The position numbers and the translations under genes were made by a program. From the NCBI RefSeq assembly GCF_964188315.1, contig NC_135670.1, positions 37,882,001 through 37,946,000 on the forward strand: DNA of 64,000 nt. The letters run 5' to 3'. The notes beneath the pieces are model-generated. The model saw only the letters and a program-made list of their open reading frames with translations. It ran no database searches and was not told the DNA's origin. The DNA is from Podarcis muralis. Taxonomy: Eukaryota. Shown piece by piece: positions 35,808 to 47,934 of this stretch (its first letter is position 1; every line of letters starts with the position of its first letter).

Positions 35808-38611
35808 CTGGTTGATTGATATTCACAAGTAGCCACCTACATAGACCAGATGACAACTATAAGGACAACTTTGGGAAGTTCACTAAAGTAATCTTAGCAC
35901 TATGTTGTCTCGTTATTCATTGCTCTTTCATTCGAGGTTCATCATTATCTGAGGAGCATCATATTCAATAATAGTGCTGCTGAGAATGTGCACTTTGATG
36001 AAAATGGAGAATTGGTTGCAGGTTTTGATATTACAAACTGGGTGATGTTCCCCAATGGTTCAGTGGTTAGAGTAAAGGTTGGAAGATTAGAACCTCAGGC
36101 TCCTCCAGGCAAAGAATTAACCATTCATGATGACCAGATTGTGTGGCATCCACATTTTAATCAGGTGAGATGTGCCAGAAAGAAAAGTTTTGGCCACTTT
36201 AACTTTCTGTTTTGCTTTTTAGCTGCTAGATTATTCAGGATAGTAATATTTTATATACATTATTAAGTATAATTGTTTAATTTACACTGAAATGGAGAAT
36301 GCCTGTGTGTATTGCAGAAAGAGTTTAACTGGAAGATCGCACTAAAGCTAAAGAAAAGCAAGAAGAGCTCTCTGAGCTCCTCGATGGATTGATAATTAAA
36401 TGTGATTGTTCTCTGGCAGCTCTGATGAGATATTTAACTTTAGATCACATGGGAGGCGATTTAATTGCAAATCTGCCATCTTGGAAGGGTGGTGGCTTAA
36501 GTCTTTGGGTAAAGGTATGTAAAACAGTCTCCTGGAGGGACACCAAACAGCTGCAGGCAAAATGGAGGCTGTAAGAAGAGAGAGAGAGAGTCCTTTGCTT
36601 ATACAGTGGTACCTTGTGTTATGGACGGGATCCGTTCCTGAGGCCTGTCCGTAACGTGGAATACCCACAACTCGAAGTGCTGCATCTGCACAGGCGCACG
36701 GCACAATTTAGTGCTTCTGCCCGTGCGCGAGCAGTGAAACCCGGAAGTAAGCCATTCTGGTATTTCCGGGTTGCCGCAGGACATAACGCGAAAAGACGCA
36801 ACATGAAGCGGACGCAACACAAGGTATTAGTGTAGGTCTGTTTTGAATTATCTTTTTTTTCTTATAAGATTCTGAGTCTGTGGGGATATACACCAGATAT
36901 GGAATTATTTGGATGTTTCTTTTTGTTCTGTTCTGAAGAAAGTTCTGAATAAATTTTATTAGATCATTTTGTAGAAAGTTCTGCAAGTAAAGTTTTAAAT
37001 AATATATAATGGGTCTGGAAAATGTTTCTTTCGAAAAGGTTTTATGCATCCAATCGCTTCAAGCTGCACAATATAATATCTGCTATGCACCTTACACAGT
37101 TCTTTTAGGAATTGGGCCAAATGGTTTATTTTCCCAACGTAATTCTCTTTGTAGAACTGAATGAATGAAGAGCACTAATCCAAGTCCCTTTATATTATTC
37201 TGTGCAGGTGCTGCCCCTTTCTGTGTGCAATGACAACTGCCATCCTGGCTACAGCAGGAAAAAGAAGGAGGGAGAGAAATTTTGCTGTTATGACTGTGCT
37301 CCGTGTCCAGAAGGAATGATATCTGGCCAGAAGGGTAGGAGACAATTGTGTACTGTGATATCATTCATGTTCTGTAACATATCGTATTTGCTTTGAGAAT
37401 GCACATCCCTTGAACAGACAACCCAAACACAAGACCACTCTTCCTTGTGTTGTTTCCAGGAGCTGGGATTCAGATGCATACTGCCTCATTGATACCCCTA
37501 TTCTGTATTTATTTGTCCAATCCTCTTTTAAAGCCATCCAAGTTGATGACCAGGCGCTCTTGGAGGAAACTGATTTTCTACATTGATTTCAATCAGGGTT
37601 TATATCAAAAATATCAAAAACCATTATCAACAGCAAACTCTTGCACTAAATTAGATTATTAGAATTATGCAGCTCAACCTATAGAAATATTTGAACAGCT
37701 CTTTGTTGTTTTCAGATATGGATGCCTGTGTCAAATGTCCAGAAGACCAATATCCAAACAAGGACCAAACTAGATGCATTGCTAAGGTTCTAAGTTACCT
37801 CTCTTACAAAGAAGATTTAGGGATCATCTTAGCTACCTTGACTATTGCTTTCTCATTGATAACAGTTTTAGTTCTTGGGATTTTTATCAAGCACAGGGAG
37901 ACTCCAATCGTTAAAGCCAACAACCGGACACTCACCTACATCCTCCTCATCTCCCTCCTCCTTTGCTTCCTCAGCTCCTTGCTCTTTATTGGAAAGCCTG
38001 GGAAAGTGATCTGCCTTCTCCGACAAACAGCGTTTGGTGCCATATTCTCTGTGGCTCTTTCCAGCATTTTAGCAAAAACCATCATGGTGGTTATGGCATT
38101 TATGGCAACCAAGCCAGGTTCTACAATAAGAAAATGGGTGGGGAGAAGATTGACAAATTCCATCATCCTTTCCTGTTCCTTTCTTCAAGTTGACATATGT
38201 ACTCTTTGGCTAAGTACTTTCCCTCCATTCCCAGACATGCACTCAGTGAATGAGGAGATTATACTGGAATGTAATGAAGGTTCCACTACCATGTTTTATT
38301 TGGTCTTGGGCTATATGGGTTTCCTAGCCATTATCAGCCTCGTGGTGGCTTTCCTTGCCAGGAAATTACCTGACAGTTTCAATGAAGCCAGATTTATCAC
38401 TTTCAGCATGTTGGTGTTTTGTAGTGTTTGGTTATCCTTTGTTCCAACCTACCTGAGTACCAAAGGAAAATACATGGTGGCTGTGGAGATATTCTCCATC
38501 TTGTCCTCCAGTTTTGGGTTACTGGCCTGCATTTTTTCCCCTAAGTGCTACATCATTCTTCTGCGACCTGAGCTGAACAACAGGGAGCAATTAGTAAGGA
38601 AAATAAAATGA
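31075..38611 (+). CDS. V2R gene D, complete: join(31075..31334,33068..33359,34770..35636,35937..36164,37208..37334,37716..38611), 889 aa
   Basis: 260+292+867+228+127+896=2670 nt, open frame. Intron 2 needs a GC donor and exon 4 needs a GAG acceptor. Close paralog of gene C. Confidence 0.85.
31741..31871. mobile_element. Small hAT MITE
   Basis: CAGCGCTATTTTT...AAAAAGTCCTG; 8-bp TSD cttaaaac at 31733-31740 and 31872-31879. Confidence 0.85.
32205..32290 (-). mobile_element. CR1 3' end
   Basis: agaatcatagaattataaagctggaggggacc...gtcatctag, the reverse of the CR1 terminus. Confidence 0.65.
32687..33053 (+). mobile_element. Sauria SINE abutting the gene D exon-2 acceptor
   Basis: tRNA-like head, B box GGTTCGAATCC, (ACCTTT)3 tail; 13-bp TSD taattgtcttgca at 32674-32686 and 33054-33066. 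Confidence 0.92.
33068..33359 (+). CDS. V2R gene D exon 2
   Basis: 292 bp; [14 protein letters not shown]...KTPQ; donor CAG|GCAAGT. Confidence 0.9.
33400..33715 (+). mobile_element. Old CR1 RT fragment in gene D intron 2
   Basis: catcttggtttc...tgggctagatg...gcaagtggg...cagggc pattern of the CR1 RT region. Confidence 0.55.
33900..34345 (-). mobile_element. Rex1/Babar-like LINE fragment
   Basis: [15 protein letters not shown]...[18 protein letters not shown] motif of the post-RT region. Confidence 0.65.
34770..35636 (+). CDS. V2R gene D exon 3
   Basis: tttcag|LIYGSF...LYQMVPNE...QSWQ|GTAATT. Confidence 0.92.
35665..35822. mobile_element. Two oppositely oriented CR1 3' ends + (GATT)n tail
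   Basis: Arms 35680-35710 and 35727-35757 are imperfect reverse complements; gattctatgattgatt tail. Confidence 0.75.
35937..36164 (+). CDS. V2R gene D exon 4
   Basis: 228 bp; [16 protein letters not shown]...FNQ|GTGAG; acceptor ttcgag. Confidence 0.88.
36604..36832. mobile_element. Tc1/mariner MITE
   Basis: TA-CAGTGGTACCTTGTGTT ... AACACAAGGTATTAGTG-TA. Confidence 0.75.
37208..37334 (+). CDS. V2R gene D exon 5
   Basis: 127 bp; [15 protein letters not shown]...CCYDCAPCP. Confidence 0.92.
37716..38611 (+). CDS. V2R gene D exon 6 (7TM)
   Basis: ttttcag|AT ATG GAT GCC; 896 bp, 2 aa shorter than paralogs after PPFPD. Confidence 0.93.
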
Positions 38612-38669
38612 AGGCATATGTCCACCTCTCCATTCTGAAGATGTCATGTCTATTATATTCTGACACTGT

Positions 38670-38749
38670 GGCCTGCTGGGTTGCATTTTCCCCTCTAAAT
38701 GCTGCATCGTTGTGCCGGGACCCAGTTGAATAAGTGAGAATAAATAATA
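38670..38749 (+). pseudogene. Degenerate duplicate of the V2R exon-6 3' end (TM7/C-tail)
   Basis: ggcctgctgggttgcattttcccctctaaatgctgcatc reads GLLGCIFPSKCCIVV, followed by a frameshift and stops. Confidence 0.7.
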
Positions 38750-38827
38750 TATCCTAGAGAAAATAAACTATATGAATAAACATTGCCATGAAATTTATTG
38801 TGTCCATTTCTTCATTCTGCATATATC

Positions 38828-39154
38828 TAGGGCTTTTGTTCAGCCGGAATTCACCGAAACTGAGTTCCAGCATCTCTTTGGTGAGTTCTGGCACCTCTGT
38901 AGTATTGCAGTGCCAGTCACAAACACGACGCTCAGGGCTGCGGGATGGAGGAGGAGGGTATGATGGTGGTCAGGGCTATGTGGCGGAGTCAGTGGGCAGC
39001 ACAACAATTGGGGCGGCAGGGGAGAGGTGGAAGGCAATCGGGCAAAGAAGATAAGTTTTCCCCTTCAAAAAGAGCTCAACAACTTGGGTTGGTTGATCCT
39101 CCTAAAAAAAAGTCAACAAGTTCCAGCACCTTTTCCCCTAGAAACAATGCCCTG
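38828..39154. mobile_element. hAT MITE (same family as 31741-31871)
   Basis: TAGGGC...GCCCTG ends; near-perfect 8-bp TSD catatatc / catatatg. Confidence 0.75.
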
Positions 39155-39175
39155 CATATATGTATATTATATATA

Positions 39176-39316
39176 CAGTGGAGGGGAATATTTGACCCCC
39201 TGCTAAATTTGCCCATTTGCCCCCTGACGAAGAAATGACCAGTACATAATTTTAATGGTAGGTTTATTGTAGCTGTGAGAGACAGAATGACGACAGGAAA
39301 AAACCCAGAAACCCAT
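39176..39316 (+). mobile_element. Tc1 transposon left-end fragment
   Basis: TA-CAGTGG...ATATTTGACCCCCTGCT...GAAATGACCAGT..ATAATTTTAATGGTAGG, a Tc1 left-end pattern. Confidence 0.65.
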
Positions 39317-39522
39317 GTTGCCCTGCCATGTTCGCCTCACCCCCAGAGCACTAATGAGGTTTATTTGCTTATTTTATTTTATTTACACCAGCATAAATTG
39401 ATCTACTTTAAATTATCCAGGATGAGCTCTGGATGAATCAGGATGAAGAACTTGCACTGGCATATTTCCAGCTCAGCAATCATGGACAACTTTTCAGATC
39501 AGCCTCAGCACCTGAGAACTGG

Positions 39523-39875
39523 TGTCATGGTCTGGGTTACAGGCAGTCGGAGTCCCGGCTTGGTATGTTGGGACCTGGGTAGAGGTCAGGAAGCAGGAAT
39601 CAGCAGTTCAGGGTCAGCAGTCCAGGGGTCAGGAAGCCAAGAGTCCAAGGGTCAGGAAACCAGGAGTCAGGGAGCCGAAGCACAGTTAGGTGGGTAGCGT
39701 GTTGCTGTGGCAAAGAGCCAGAGGGAAATGCTGGTCTTATATACCCCTCCCAGCCCTTGCCACCAGATGCTACGAGTCTTCTGTCAAGTCTCACCTGTGT
39801 GGCAAACTCAGGAAGGCCCCAATCCTGTGAGGCCCTACCAGTCTCAGGGCCCGGCTCCTGCACACACTCCTGACA
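39523..39875 (-). mobile_element. Solo LTR (probably Gypsy-type)
   Basis: TGTCA...TGACA termini; 5-bp TSD actgg at 39518-39522 and 39876-39880; TATA-like motif on the - strand. Confidence 0.85.
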
Positions 39876-39897
39876 ACTGGTAAGTGGCCAATATATA

Positions 39898-40251
39898 CAG
39901 TGGTGCCCCGCAAGACGAATGCCTCGCAAGACGAATAACCCGCTAGACGAAAGGGTTTTCCGTTTCGGAGGCGCTTCGCAAGACGAATTTCCCTATGGGC
40001 TTGCTTCGCAAGACGAAAACGTCTTGTGAGTCTCGCCATTTCCCCCCCGCTTCCCCCCCTTTTCCAAAGCCGCTAAGCCGTTAATAGCCTTTTAACAGCT
40101 TAGCCGCTAAGCCTTTAATAGCCGCTAAGCTGCTAAATCGTGAATAGCGCTAATCCGCTTAGCCGCTAATGGGGTTGCTTCGCAAGACGAAAAAACCACT
40201 AGACGAAGAGAATCGCAGAACGGATTCTTTTCGTCTTGTGAGGCACCACTG
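39898..40251. mobile_element. Tc1/mariner MITE, CpG-rich (young)
   Basis: TA-CAGTGGTGCCCCGCAAGACGAA ... TTCGTCTTGTGAGGCACCACTG-TA; internal GCAAGACGAA and GCCGCTAA repeats. Confidence 0.88.
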
Positions 40252-40516
40252 TATCCTATTTCTAAAAGGGTTTCTGTTTGGTCATTATTTTTAGTTTTTT
40301 CAATGTGTGTGTGCATGCAAGCACACGTGTGAACACTTGCAAATGTCAATGTGGTAACAGAAAATGCGAATCATAGGACTTTCAGAAAAATTGACCAAGG
40401 AAGCTCAGGCTTAAGCTGGAAAGAGAGATGAGGATGATTTCAAAGAGGCATTGTATCTTTTTATTGCATATTGAAGGGCACATCACTCAACAGTGGCAAC
40501 CACCGGATTCACACTT

Positions 40517-40946
40517 GTTGTTGTTGTTTAGTTGTTTAGTCGTGTCCGACTCTTCGTGACCCCATGGACCAGAGCACACCAGGCACTCCTGTCTTTCACT
40601 GCCTCCCGCAGTTTGGTCAAACTCATGTTGGTAGCTTTGAGAACACTGTCCAACCATCTCGTCCTCTGTCGTCCCCTTCTCCTTGTGCCCTCCATCTTTC
40701 CCAACATCAGGGTCTTTTCCAAGGAGTCTTCTCTTCTCATGAGGTGGCCAAAGTATTGGAGCCTCAGCTTCACGGTCTGTCCTTCCAGTGAGCACTCAGG
40801 GATGATTTCCTCCAGAATGGAGAGGTTTGCTCTTCTTGCAGTCCATGGGACTCTCAAGAGTCTCCTCCAGCACCATAATTCAAAAGCATCAATTCTTCGG
40901 CGATCAGCCTTCTTTATGGTCCAGCTCTCACTTCCATACATCACTA
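40517..40946 (-). mobile_element. BovB (RTE) LINE, 5'-truncated
   Basis: [36 protein letters not shown]...HGVTKSRTRLN; (CAA)n tail; 12-bp TSD ggattcacactt at 40505-40516 and 40947-40958. Confidence 0.93.
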
Positions 40947-41059
40947 GGATTCACACTTACAGCTCAGGAATAATGTTTCCCATTTTAACCATTATATATG
41001 GGGAGGGGAGAGAGATATCTGTTGTGGGAGGGGATAAATGTATGTGTACTTTATCTCAT

Positions 41060-41961
41060 TTATTTCTTTTTAACTATTAGATGTTCTTTCTTGTTCAGCT
41101 CAGGTCTCACCACAATGATGTAGCATTTAGGGGTAAAGATACAGCCCAGTAACCCAGCACTGGAAGCCAGTATGGAGAAGATCTCCACCAACGCCATGTC
41201 TTTTCCTCTCGTGCTCAGGTAAGTTGGAATGAAGGTCAGCCAAACACTGCAGAAGACCAACATGCTGAAGGTGATGAACTTGGCTTCATTAAAGCTGTCA
41301 GGTAACTTCCTGGCTACAAAAGCTACAGTGAAACAAACAATGGCCAGGAAGCCCATAAACCCCAAGACGGAGTAGAACATAGTGACCGACCCTTCATTAC
41401 ATAAGAGTACAATTTGATCCATCATTGTGTGTGTATCTCTATCTGGAAAGGGGGGAAACATTGCCAGCCAGAGAGAACAGATCCCCACTTGGATGTTTGA
41501 GCAGAAGAGAATGATGGAATAAGCCAATCGTTTCCCCACCCATTTCCTCATCCTAGATCCTGGTTTGGTGGCCATGAAGGCTAAAAGCACAGATGCAGTT
41601 TTGGCCAGGATACTAGAGATGGACACACAGAAGATGATACCAAAAGCAGTTTGTCGGAGAAGGCAAGTCACCTCATTAGGTTTTCCAATGAACATTAAGG
41701 AGCAGAGGAAGCAGAAGAGGAGGGAGATGAGGAGAATGTAGGTGAGACTTCTGTTGTTGGCTTTGACTATGGCAGTGTCCCGGTGCTTAATGAAGATGCC
41801 AAGCACCACAGCTGTGAGCAGAGACAACAATAGTGCAGAGGAAGTTGAAACAATGGCCAAAGTGTCACCAAATGCCAGGAAGTTTGGCATCTTAGGAATG
41901 CATTGATCCTGGCCTCTGTTTGGATATTGGTCTTCCGGACAACTGACACATGTTTCTTCAT
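41060..41961 (-). CDS. V2R gene E exon 6 (7TM)
   Basis: tttcag|AT GAA GAA ACA TGT; full TM motifs. Confidence 0.93.
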
Positions 41962-44900
41962 CTGAAAAAGAATGCATGATAATGTAAGAACCAGAATGAT
42001 TCATGCTCAAGAAGCCTACCTTGTGTTTTTACTCATGGAGTGTTTCAAATTCTTCTGCCCAAAGTGCATCAAGTAGAAATGTCATGAATCATATCTGGTT
42101 TGAAATATACCGTATTTTTCGCCCCATAGGGCGTACCAGCCCATAGGGCGCACCTAGTTTTTTTTTGGGGGGGGGAATAAAGGGGAAAAAATATTTTTCC
42201 CCCAGGCACAGGGCTGGGGTGGGGGAAGCCCGAGCTTCCCCCAACCCCAGCCCCCAGAACAGGCTGCTATCCACAAGCCTAGGGAGCCCAGCGGGAAGTC
42301 GCGCCGGTCTCCCCAGGGTTGCGGAGAGCTGCCCGAAGCCCGGGGTGCACTCTGCTGCACGCCCCAGGCTTCGGGATGCAGGCAGCTCTCCGCAAGCCAT
42401 GGGAGCCCGGCGGGAACTCCCGCGGGCTCCCAAGGCTTGAGGATAGCTTCCTGAAGCCTGGAGAGCGAGAGGGGTCAGTGCGCACCGACCCCTCTCGCTC
42501 TCCAGGCTTCAGCAAAAGCCTGCATTTGCCCCATAGGACACACACACATTTCCCCTTCATTTTTGGAGGGGAAAAAGTGCGTCCTATAGGGTGAAAAATA
42601 CGGTAGTTTTCTCCTAGTGTTCAACAAAGTTAGTCTTAAAATAAAAAGCACTGATAAGTGAAATGATACAACCATTCTGGCAGTAGTTCAAAATTGTAGG
42701 AGTCAACAAAGAAAGATGTATTGGGACTGTCACATTGAAGTCTCCCCAAGCTGCCTCATTTTCAATAAAAAAAATCCCCAACAATCTGATTCATCTCCTG
42801 ATGTTTTATTTCATGGCCATCTAGTCTGACTTTCATAGTTTTAATAAGATGTACAAAACACACTTTGCTTTCAAAGTATCTGAAAATTGTTTTTGTTTTT
42901 TTTATTATCCTTAATAAAGAAAAATTTAAGTAGACATGGAAATGACTGAAGTATGTGCTGTATGCCCCAGACTCACATTATGGTTGGGAAGGAAGTGATT
43001 TTGCAATCAGTGTATATTTAGGGACAAGAGGAAAGTCTGACTAAGGGTCATTTTTGCTGCACAGAAAAAGAGATCACAGGACGCAAACAGAAATAACACC
43101 AGATTCAAAATGCATAGAACATAGACTAAATATGAATTGGAGATAAAAATCAAAAAGTTGTTGATAATTAATCTAATTTCTAATACTATTTTAATTCAAA
43201 ATGAGTCTTAATATTATGTTGAAATAGTAAGGCTTAAGACAAGCATTGGGAACAGTATGCCTGGGGTTTAAATGTGATTCCCCATCCCTTTCTTGACCTT
43301 GGGACTCTGTCCAGGCCATGCCCCTTTTGTGTGGCTGGAATGTGTTGTCGAACTGTGATGCTGCCTCTTTCTTGTGTAGTTGGCCAATTGACAGGTGCCT
43401 GGCATAGTTTGTGTGCAAAGCTAAGCATTTAATATGGCCTGAAATTAACGCACGGTGCATAGATCATAACCATTTGACTACTGTCTTTGTCCCTACCCAA
43501 CAGTAGCCTGTTTTCCTAGAAGGTTGAATTTGGGCTGAAGAAGTATCTCCTCCCAAGCCTTAAAATATCACAAGCCCACATTTTTATTTCAAGAAGCCAT
43601 GTATTTCTTCTTGTTGTTTCCTTTTTCCCTTTTGAACCTAAATATTCTGGGTTGTTTTCAATATAGTGTTCAGAAGATCATTCCATCACTGCAAGCATGA
43701 CTTCTTGTCCAACAGAATAATCTCCCTCTGCTCTCCCTGCACACTGTTCAAGGGGGATCCAGACCTCCAGATCAGTTTTTGGGGAGAGTTCAGGGGGCAA
43801 ATGGGGACAGAAGAGGGGGAAGTTTCCTTGCACTTGTGGCAATCATTGCTTCCACTACCACAATGATTTAGTTGAATATGACTCTCCTCTTATATCCCAT
43901 AGTATCCCTATACTTCCTTTTCTTGTCAATGTATTATGTCCTTCCTGTTCTTGTACACATAACAAGTTCCCATCTTTCCTCCAATGGGTATGGCAATCAG
44001 TTCATATTCCTATACTACTACCTACATTGTGGTGTTCAAAATCTTTTCCAAAAACTCTCAGTGTATGCATGATGTTGCATGCCTAACTAACTGATTTCTT
44101 TGACAGAAAACTAAGAGACATAGAGAGTGATTAAATTGGTAGGCCTTCCCTGTCATATCAATGTGAGGGCTATGAAGGGTAAAACTAGCCATGATCTCTG
44201 GTGCAGGGATGGTTGACTGGAAAAGACGGAGAAGGAAGACCAAACCTCCACTTCATTGTTCTGACAGGGACTGGTACTAGAAGGTGGGAGTTTCTTTTTA
44301 CGTTCAGGTTAAACGTTGTAGATGCCTCCAAAGATGTTTACAAAATAGCTGTTCATTGGAAACCCCAGAAATCTCTCAAGCTCTTCATTTTCGAGTATGA
44401 CTTCAAACATCATCTTTAATCTTTGTTCCACAATTACAGCTACTCAAAGTTCCATTCATGCATTCAAGATCATGAGTCCAATGCCTGTGCTATCAGAGAT
44501 ATCTGAGAACTTAATGTATCATTCACTGAGCTGTTGATATATTCCTTGGTGTGATTATAACAAAATATCAATTAGATTGTTGTGTCTATGTAAAAGTGGA
44601 GATCCATGCATAATGCCATAATTTAAAAATGGCCACTATGTTAATGAGAATGAACTTGCAAAAGAGTTGCCCACATTTTACTTCGATAAAATGCATCTCT
44701 TGATCTTTTACAACATAGCATATCCTACCCTTCTCATTTGAGATCATCCCATCAGGACAAGGAGCACAAGCATAGCAGCAAAAGCTCTTCCCCTCCTTCT
44801 TTTTCTTCCCATAACCAGGGCGGCAGATGTCATTACATACTGAAAGAGGTGGCACCTGTCCAAATATATAGGAACAGTTGAATTCATCTTTTTTCATATT

Positions 44901-47882
44901 GTATCAGATAATCGACCAGCAAACAGGAGGGCAAGTGATACAGAATGCAAAAGCTGTAAGTACACAGGTATACAATAAGTAGTAGGAATATCTGCTCTGT
45001 TAAGTATCATACAAAGACAGATTCAAATTTGCATACTTAGCCTGATCAGTGAATCAAATAGTTTAACATTCAATCTTGCATCACTAACTAGAGATTTGCC
45101 TCAGGGATTTCACACAGTCACAAAACAGTCAGTATTATGCATTATCTGAAAGCCAAGGACTCTCTTTGGTTAAAGATGTGCTGACTTAATGCCTCTAAAT
45201 ATTGCATTTTTCATCATAATGGTTAATTTATGTGTGTATAGGAAAAGGTAGTTCATAAAATGATGCCTTGCCTTCAGTGAAATACTCAACATCCATATAT
45301 CAATTTACCCTCTAATAAAACATCTTATCCTATTTGTATTACAGTGATACCTTGGTTTACAACCATAATCCGTTGCGGAGGTCCAGTTGTAAACCAAAAC
45401 AGGTTGTAACCCAAGGCGTGCTTTCGCCAATGGGGCCTCCAAAAAAAAATTGGTTGTAATCCAAAAACATTTTGAACTGATTGGTTCAAAATTGGGAAAG
45501 GAGTATGACAAGGCTGTATATTGTCTCCTCACCTGAGTCAAGCCTCGGTGCCATTCAATTCTGTCCTCATCAATGGTGAGCACTTTGCCAGGAGGATCCA
45601 GCCTCCCTACTTGGACTCTGACATACGATTTATTTGGGAACGTGACCAAGTTTGTAATGTCAAATCCGGCTGCTAATTCTCCATGCTCATCCAGTGCAAT
45701 TTCATCTCCAGCAGTGTTGTTGAATGAGATCTTGTGAAGGATTGAGTGGAGCTGGGTGGAAAGAGAACAAGGAGCTGAAGGTCATTTTCCTATATGGCTA
45801 CAAGTCATTACAATTCATCATGGATAGTAATCTACTTGCAGAAGCAGCAAGGGAGTAACAAATCATGAAAGGGTATAAAATTCAACTGTGGCGGGTGCTG
45901 CAGAGTACTTGCAAAATGATACATGGTGTAGAAATAAGTCTGGAAAATCATGGTTATATGGGATCAGTATTTGGAAGAAGACTTAAGAAAACTGAGAAAA
46001 TAAAAGCTTGATAGAAATATCCTGTAGATCAGGAACCTGGTTGGTCACATCATGGATATTGGATCCAGGAAATTGTCCAGAACCTATATAATGACAGTTG
46101 TCATTGGAGATGAGGAAGCATTACCTGCCAGGGCTCCACATTCTGAGGAACCATTCTGTTGCTGGACTCCCTTGCACTGCGTTTCAGCCCAGCTGACTGC
46201 AAGATATGTAAGGCATTGGCCAAAGCATAGGCGGCGTTATAAATGCTGTAGCTGTGGCCAGTCATGCTCATTTCAAAATAAGGGGCAGGAAGGCTCTCTA
46301 ACATCTCCTCTCCAGTACATCTGCCGTAGATGAATGAGTTGGATAATGAACAACTGAATGCTTGCTCCCAGAAATATTTGATAAATCCATCTTCATTTTC
46401 CCATGAAGGATTTACAAGCTGAAGAAACTTTTGGAAGTCTTCTATTTCCTTTGAATGAATTGTGAAGGAGATAGCGCCATGGAACATGTGCCTGTCCATA
46501 TCAGTAATCGTCTGAATGGGGTATAATGTGAAATCTATTTGGGCTGTTGTAATCCACACTTTTGCTGTAGAGAGCCTCTTATTTTGCAGAAATAGTATTT
46601 GACTTATCTTGATTCCCCCTATAACTGCTCCCAACCATGTAATAGAGGCACTTTCTCCATATATAACAACTGCATTGGCGTTGCTCTGCATGAACACTGG
46701 CAAAGTACTTTGTTTGTGGTAGAGCATCTCCTGTATGCTGTCAGAGAGGCGCAGGTGCGTTTGAGCTCTTTCTGTGAATGCTGAACAGATTCCATTCTGC
46801 AAAAGCATTTCCTCCATGGTCTGTAGGAATTGGTCTCCACCTTCATTATCTATAGCATAGAGCCCCACCCATTTCCACTTGAAGTGCAGAAGTAACTGAA
46901 TAATTCCTCGGTATTGCAGGGCTTCACTGGGTACCATGCGGTAAAAGGAAGGGAACTTGATTTGATTCTTCACTGCTGGCTCAAATGAGCCATATGAAAT
47001 CTTAAAAAACAGTAAGAGTTGGAAGAGGAGATAATTATTTCCTTAGATTTCAAATTAGTGCAATTCTATACAGTCAGTGGCATTCTATACAGCAGTGGAA
47101 CAGACTTCCACAAGAGGTGGTGGACTTTCCTTCCCTGGAGGGTTTAAAGCAGAGGTTGGGTGGCCATCTGTCATGGATGCTTCAGCAGAGATTCCTGTAT
47201 TGCAGGGGGTTGGACTAGAGGACCCTTGGGGTCCCTTCAAACTCTAAGATTATATGATTCTATGCCCAATTTCCTTCTGTTTGGACAGGTTCCTCCACCT
47301 TTTACTCACACTAAGAAAACTACACAACTCTCTTAATGTAGACACTCCTGACACTCTTGACAATTTTGGTCAACATACACTCTAAATAGCAACACCCTAG
47401 AGGTCCTGGGCCCTAAGGAAGTTAGATTGGCTTCAACCAGAGCCAGGGCCTTTTCAACTCTGGCTCCAGCCTGGTGGAATGCTCTGCCTCATGAGACCAG
47501 GGCCCTGCAGGATCTGATTTCTTTCCGCAGAGCCTGTAAGACTCTGTAAGAGTTGTTCCGCCTGGCCTTTGGCTTGGAATCAACTTGATCCCCTCCCCCT
47601 CTATCCTTTTTCCTTTCTCCTTCTGTGATGGAACTCCTATTTGGGGACTTCCCTGGCTTTTTTCTGGCCCATGTAGGACCAGTCTGGATAGTTGGCCTTG
47701 GTGAAGACTTGACGTTTTCATCCCCCAAAAAAGTTATTTATTTGAGTTCCTACTGAAATGAGGCTGCATTTTAATGTTGTATTTTAATCTTGTTTTTAAG
47801 TTGTATTTCAATCAATTGTTTTTATACATGGTGTTAGTCGCCCTAAGGGAGGCTTGGCTGAGGAGGGCAGGGTATAAATAAA

Positions 47883-47934
<52 letters not shown>

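Noticed and set aside
40487-41080. ORFs of 100-180 aa repeated at 58739-59277 and 63593-63997
   Set aside because: These are BovB 3' fragments and their shadow frames, not host genes.
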